36,138 bases of DNA. It comes from an uncultured Candidatus Saccharibacteria bacterium (GTDB taxonomy: Bacteria; Patescibacteriota; Minisyncoccia; Minisyncoccales; CAZJJV01). Below the pieces are notes generated by a model, which saw nothing but the letters and a program-made list of their open reading frames with translations, had not been told where the DNA came from and did no database searches. This document shows, piece by piece, positions 33,165 to 36,138 of this stretch. The stretch spans positions 1 through 36,138 of the forward strand of contig CAZJJV010000002.1 in the NCBI GenBank assembly GCA_964546415.1. Reading direction: 5' to 3'. Position 1 is the stretch's first letter; each line of letters begins with the position of its first letter. The position numbers and the translations under genes are program-made.

Positions 33165-33353
33165 TTATTTTTTTCTTTCATTTAAAATAGTTAAAATTCT
33201 GGCAATATCTTTTCGGGTTTGCCGGATCTCTCTCACATTTTTCACTTTACCCGAAACCAAATCAAATCTCAATTTTCTTAACCTCTCTCTCAATTCTTGC
33301 AATAATTTCTGAAGTTCTTTCTCTGATTTTTGACGCAACTCTTTTGTCTTCAT
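33165..33353 (-). CDS. rpmC: 50S ribosomal protein L29
   Basis: [26 protein letters not shown]; canonical position between rplP and rpsQ. Confidence 0.9.
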   Translation of the reverse strand: MKTKELRQKSEKELQKLLQELRERLRKLRFDLVSGKVKNVREIRQTRKDIARILTILNERKK

Positions 33354-33356
33354 ATT

Positions 33357-33770
33357 TTATGACCTTTTTACAAATTTGGTTTTTATAGGTAATTTAGCAG
33401 CTGCCTTCTTAAAAGCCTCTTTAGCCATTTCTTCTTTTACTCCCTCTAGCTCAAAAATAATTCTTCCCGGTTTTACCGGAAAAACATAAAACTCTACTGA
33501 ACCCTTTCCTCCCCCCATTGGAACCTCGTTTCCTTTCCTGGTTACTGGTTTTTGAGGAAAAATTCTAATCCACAGCTTCCCTCCCTTTTTTAAATATCTT
33601 AAAATTGCTCGCCGGGCTGCCTCTATTTGTCTAGAACTGATCCATTTTGTTCCCATTGATTTTAAACCATAACTACCGAAAACCAGTTCAGTCCCTCGAC
33701 TCTCCACCCCCTTAGATCGACCCTTTCGCCATTTTCTATGTTTTACTTTTTTTGGAATTAACAAAGTCAT
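33357..33770 (-). CDS. rplP: 50S ribosomal protein L16
   Basis: [41 protein letters not shown]. Confidence 0.95.
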   Translation of the reverse strand: MTLLIPKKVKHRKWRKGRSKGVESRGTELVFGSYGLKSMGTKWISSRQIEAARRAILRYLKKGGKLWIRIFPQKPVTRKGNEVPMGGGKGSVEFYVFPVKPGRIIFELEGVKEEMAKEAFKKAAAKLPIKTKFVKRS

Positions 33771-33778
33771 TTTTTAAA

Positions 33779-34423
33779 TTAATCAAATTTTTCTCCTTTA
33801 TAAATCCAAACCTTTACCCCTATGGCTCCATATGTACAATAGGCCTCACTAAATCCATAATCAATATCACTTCTTAATGTCTGGCGAGGTAATTTTCCCT
33901 GTTGAAGCCATTCGGTTCTGGCAATCTCTACTCCGTCTAATCTGCCTGACACCTGAACCCTAGCACCTTCAAATTCTTTATGAGACATAATTTTGCTTAA
34001 AGCCCTCTTTAACACCCTCCGATAAGGAACCCTTTTCTCTAGTTGACCAGCTATCCATTGGGCTACCAAAATAGCAGAGGTCCAGGGATCTTTTATCTCT
34101 TTTATTTCAATTTTTATTTCTCTTTTCTCTTTCTTGGGAGAAATTACCTTTTCTAACTCTTTCTTCAAAAGTTCCACCCCTGCTCCCCCTCGACCAATGA
34201 TTAAACCGGGCCGAGCAGTAGAAATAATCACATTGATCTTTCCGGGAAACCTCTCAATTTCAATTTTCTCTATTCCTACGCTTCCCAGTTTCTTTTTTAT
34301 AAATTCCCGGATTTTAAAATCTTCTTTTAGATATTGAGGAAGCTTTTTTTTGCTCAACCAACGACTATCCCAGTCTTCTAATTTTTTCAATCTTAATACC
34401 TTTGGATGGGTTTTATGGGCCAT
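33779..34423 (-). CDS. rpsC: 30S ribosomal protein S3
   Basis: MAHKTHPKVLRL, KH-domain IIGRGGAGVELL, VSGRLDGVEIARTEW. Confidence 0.95.
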   Translation of the reverse strand: MAHKTHPKVLRLKKLEDWDSRWLSKKKLPQYLKEDFKIREFIKKKLGSVGIEKIEIERFPGKINVIISTARPGLIIGRGGAGVELLKKELEKVISPKKEKREIKIEIKEIKDPWTSAILVAQWIAGQLEKRVPYRRVLKRALSKIMSHKEFEGARVQVSGRLDGVEIARTEWLQQGKLPRQTLRSDIDYGFSEAYCTYGAIGVKVWIYKGEKFD

Positions 34424-34437
34424 AATTTTTTAAAAAA

Positions 34438-35013
34438 TTAAAATGCCTTTCTTCTAAACATTTTTTTCAAACCTTTTTGAATTTTTTGTTTAAAGGAAGG
34501 GGCTCTTTGATCTTTGGTTAAAAAGACCGGCGGTTTTTCAGTTTCTTTTTTTTCTTTTTGAACCTCTTTTTCTTTTTGAACTTCTGGCTTTTTAACCCTT
34601 TCTTTTGCCAACTCCTTTAATTCTGCCTGGCTTACTTTCTCTTTAGGCTTTGTCTCTAAAACCCTTTTTGGTTTCTTTTTCGTTAAGGTATCCAAAACAA
34701 TATGAATATGAGAGGTCTTCTTTTGAATAGGATGAGCCATTCCCCTTGAAACCGGACGCCATCTCTTATATCTAGGACCCTCATCTACGGTAATCTTTGA
34801 AATATAAAGTTCTTCTTCTTTAATTTCGTATTGGTTTTTGGTGTTAGCAATAGCCTGATTTAAAAGTTTAAGCAAAATCGGAGCCGATCTCTTATTAGTA
34901 AAAGACAAAATATTTTTAGCCTCTAAAACCGGCTTTCTCCTAATTAAATCTGCTACCAGTCTTACCTTTCGGGGAGAAATTCTTAAATAATGAAGTTTGG
35001 CCTCTCCTAACAT
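34438..35013 (-). CDS. rplV: 50S ribosomal protein L22 with ~80-aa Lys/Glu-rich C-terminal extension
   Basis: LRISPRKVRLVADLIRRKPVLEAKNILSF, VDEGPRYKRWRPVSRGMAHPIQKKTSHI, then a KKKPKRVLETKPKEK... tail. Confidence 0.95.
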   Translation of the reverse strand: MLGEAKLHYLRISPRKVRLVADLIRRKPVLEAKNILSFTNKRSAPILLKLLNQAIANTKNQYEIKEEELYISKITVDEGPRYKRWRPVSRGMAHPIQKKTSHIHIVLDTLTKKKPKRVLETKPKEKVSQAELKELAKERVKKPEVQKEKEVQKEKKETEKPPVFLTKDQRAPSFKQKIQKGLKKMFRRKAF

Positions 35014-35028
35014 AATTCAAATTCATTT

Positions 35029-35343
35029 TTATTGTTCCATCTTCATTTTTTGTGCCTCTTTGACCGCTTCTTTCTTTTCTAATTCTCTTTGCATCTTTCC
35101 CCCGTGTCTGACAAATTTAGTGGTAGGCGAAAATTCTCCTAATTTGTGGCCCACCATCTCCTCGGTGACTTTTACAGGAATAAATTCTTTTCCATTATAA
35201 ACCCCAAAGGTATAACCAATCATTTCGGGGGTGATGGTGCAATCTCTGGCCCAGGTTTTAATCATCTCCCCAGGCTTGGCCTTTTCTAATTTTTTCAATA
35301 ATTTTTCGTCAATGTATGGACCTTTTTTTAAACTTCTTGGCAT
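35029..35343 (-). CDS. rpsS: 30S ribosomal protein S19 (short charged C-terminal extension)
   Basis: [53 protein letters not shown]. Confidence 0.95.
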   Translation of the reverse strand: MPRSLKKGPYIDEKLLKKLEKAKPGEMIKTWARDCTITPEMIGYTFGVYNGKEFIPVKVTEEMVGHKLGEFSPTTKFVRHGGKMQRELEKKEAVKEAQKMKMEQ

Positions 35344-35347
35344 ATTT

Positions 35348-36133
35348 TTATTTTCTTTTTTTAATAATAAGTTTATCTGTCCACTTTTTCTTTCGGGTTT
35401 TTACTCCTAAGGCGGGCTTTCCCCAAGGGGTTTTAGGATGCTTTAAACCAATTGGTGCTCTTCCTTCTCCTCCACCGTGAGGATGATCACAAGGATTCAT
35501 TGCCGATCCCCTCACTGTCGGTCTCCAACCCCTTAATCTCTTTTTACCGGCTTTTCCTATTTCCTCAAACCGATGTTCTGGATGTGAAACGTGTCCAATT
35601 GAAGCAAAGCATTCACTTAAAATTTTCCTAATCTCTTTGGAGGGCATTTCCAAAAGAGTATATTTCCCTTCCTGGGCGACAACCTTAGCAGAGGTTCCAG
35701 CCGATCTAACCAATCTCCCTCCTCGGCCAGGTTCTAATTCGATATTATAAACCTCGGTGCCAATCGGGATATGCTTTAATTTCATTCTGCTTCCTAATTT
35801 GACCTCTGTTTTTTCGCCACAGATTATCTCATCGCCTACCTTCATTCCATCAGCCGCCAATATATATCTTTTCTCCCCGTCTTGATACTCAACCAAAGCA
35901 ATAAAAGCGGTTCTATTAGGATCGTATTCTAAAGCAATTATTTTTCCTCTCACTCCTAATTTTTCCTGGCCAAAATCAACAATTCGATACATTCTTTTGG
36001 CTCCTCCGCCTCGATGCCGAACAGTAATTCTCCCAGAAACATTTCTTCCCCCAGTCTTTTTCAAAGGCAAAAGCAACCTCTTCTCAGGCTCTTTCTTGGT
36101 TAATATTTTTTTGGCAGTCTTTGTAATGCCCAT
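35348..36133 (-). CDS. rplB: 50S ribosomal protein L2
   Basis: [47 protein letters not shown]. Confidence 0.95.
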   Translation of the reverse strand: MGITKTAKKILTKKEPEKRLLLPLKKTGGRNVSGRITVRHRGGGAKRMYRIVDFGQEKLGVRGKIIALEYDPNRTAFIALVEYQDGEKRYILAADGMKVGDEIICGEKTEVKLGSRMKLKHIPIGTEVYNIELEPGRGGRLVRSAGTSAKVVAQEGKYTLLEMPSKEIRKILSECFASIGHVSHPEHRFEEIGKAGKKRLRGWRPTVRGSAMNPCDHPHGGGEGRAPIGLKHPKTPWGKPALGVKTRKKKWTDKLIIKKRK

Positions 36134-36138
36134 ATTAT

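Noticed and set aside
5335-33181. Longer N-terminal versions of several ORF-track entries (grx 5376, trxB 10239, nnrD 11161, rplF 31035, rplX 32545, rpsQ 33181).
   Set aside because: In each case an internal ATG gives the canonical family N-terminus and removes an overlap with the upstream gene. For rpsQ the choice remains uncertain.
1-36138. Search by eye for tRNA, rRNA, tmRNA, riboswitch/T-box leaders, transposases, integrases and prophage genes.
   Set aside because: Intergenic spaces are too short (mostly under 120 bp) and too AT-rich or unstructured for these RNAs. alaS has no leader (5 nt after the upstream gene). No protein resembles a transposase or integrase. tRNAscan/Infernal should still be run.

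Overview
AT-rich (about one third GC by eye), very gene-dense 36.1-kb segment. Gene content and layout fit a reduced-genome bacterium of the CPR/Patescibacteria type, but no rRNA gene is present to confirm this. I call 50 CDS, 49 of them on the minus strand. From high to low coordinates the window holds most of the ribosomal-protein superoperon: rplB-rpsS-rplV-rpsC-rplP-rpmC-rpsQ-rplN-rplX-rplE-rpsN-rpsH-rplF-rplR-rpsE-rplO-secY-adk-map. There is no room for rpmD/L30. About 6.8 kb of unrelated genes then interrupt the usual map-infA junction: a small two-gene cassette, a GT2 glycosyltransferase, galT, tpiA, a DUF458-like gene, a short alaS and a 463-aa membrane-anchored hypothetical. The operon resumes with infA-rpmJ-rpsM-rpsK-rpsD-rpoA-rplQ-rplM-rpsI, followed by a solo Cas4-like Fe-S nuclease. 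The only plus-strand gene is a PEGA/beta-propeller membrane protein. The rest is ftsZ-galU-nnrD-trxB, an orphan 85-aa gene, eno-apgM, a thioredoxin-fold pair, and gap-acs-ppsA. ppsA is absent from the ORF track because it runs off the window. No tRNA, rRNA, CRISPR array, transposase or integrase was seen. The points most worth follow-up are listed here. (1) An autonomous 73-aa + 53-aa (two-TM) cassette with a consensus promoter, strong SDs and its own terminator, bracketed by three copies of a 19-20 bp palindrome. (2) An rpoA that lacks the alpha-CTD and ends in a Lys/Glu tail. (3) Recurrent promoter geometry implying leaderless mRNAs. (4) Heptamer/21-bp tandem repeats inside the rplR-rpsE junction and in the ftsZ divergent promoter region. 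(5) The solo Cas4-like nuclease. (6) An acetyl-CoA synthetase with a C-terminal TM tail and a degenerate P-loop. Nothing here is a demonstrably complete novel system; all functional interpretations are hypotheses from sequence reading only.
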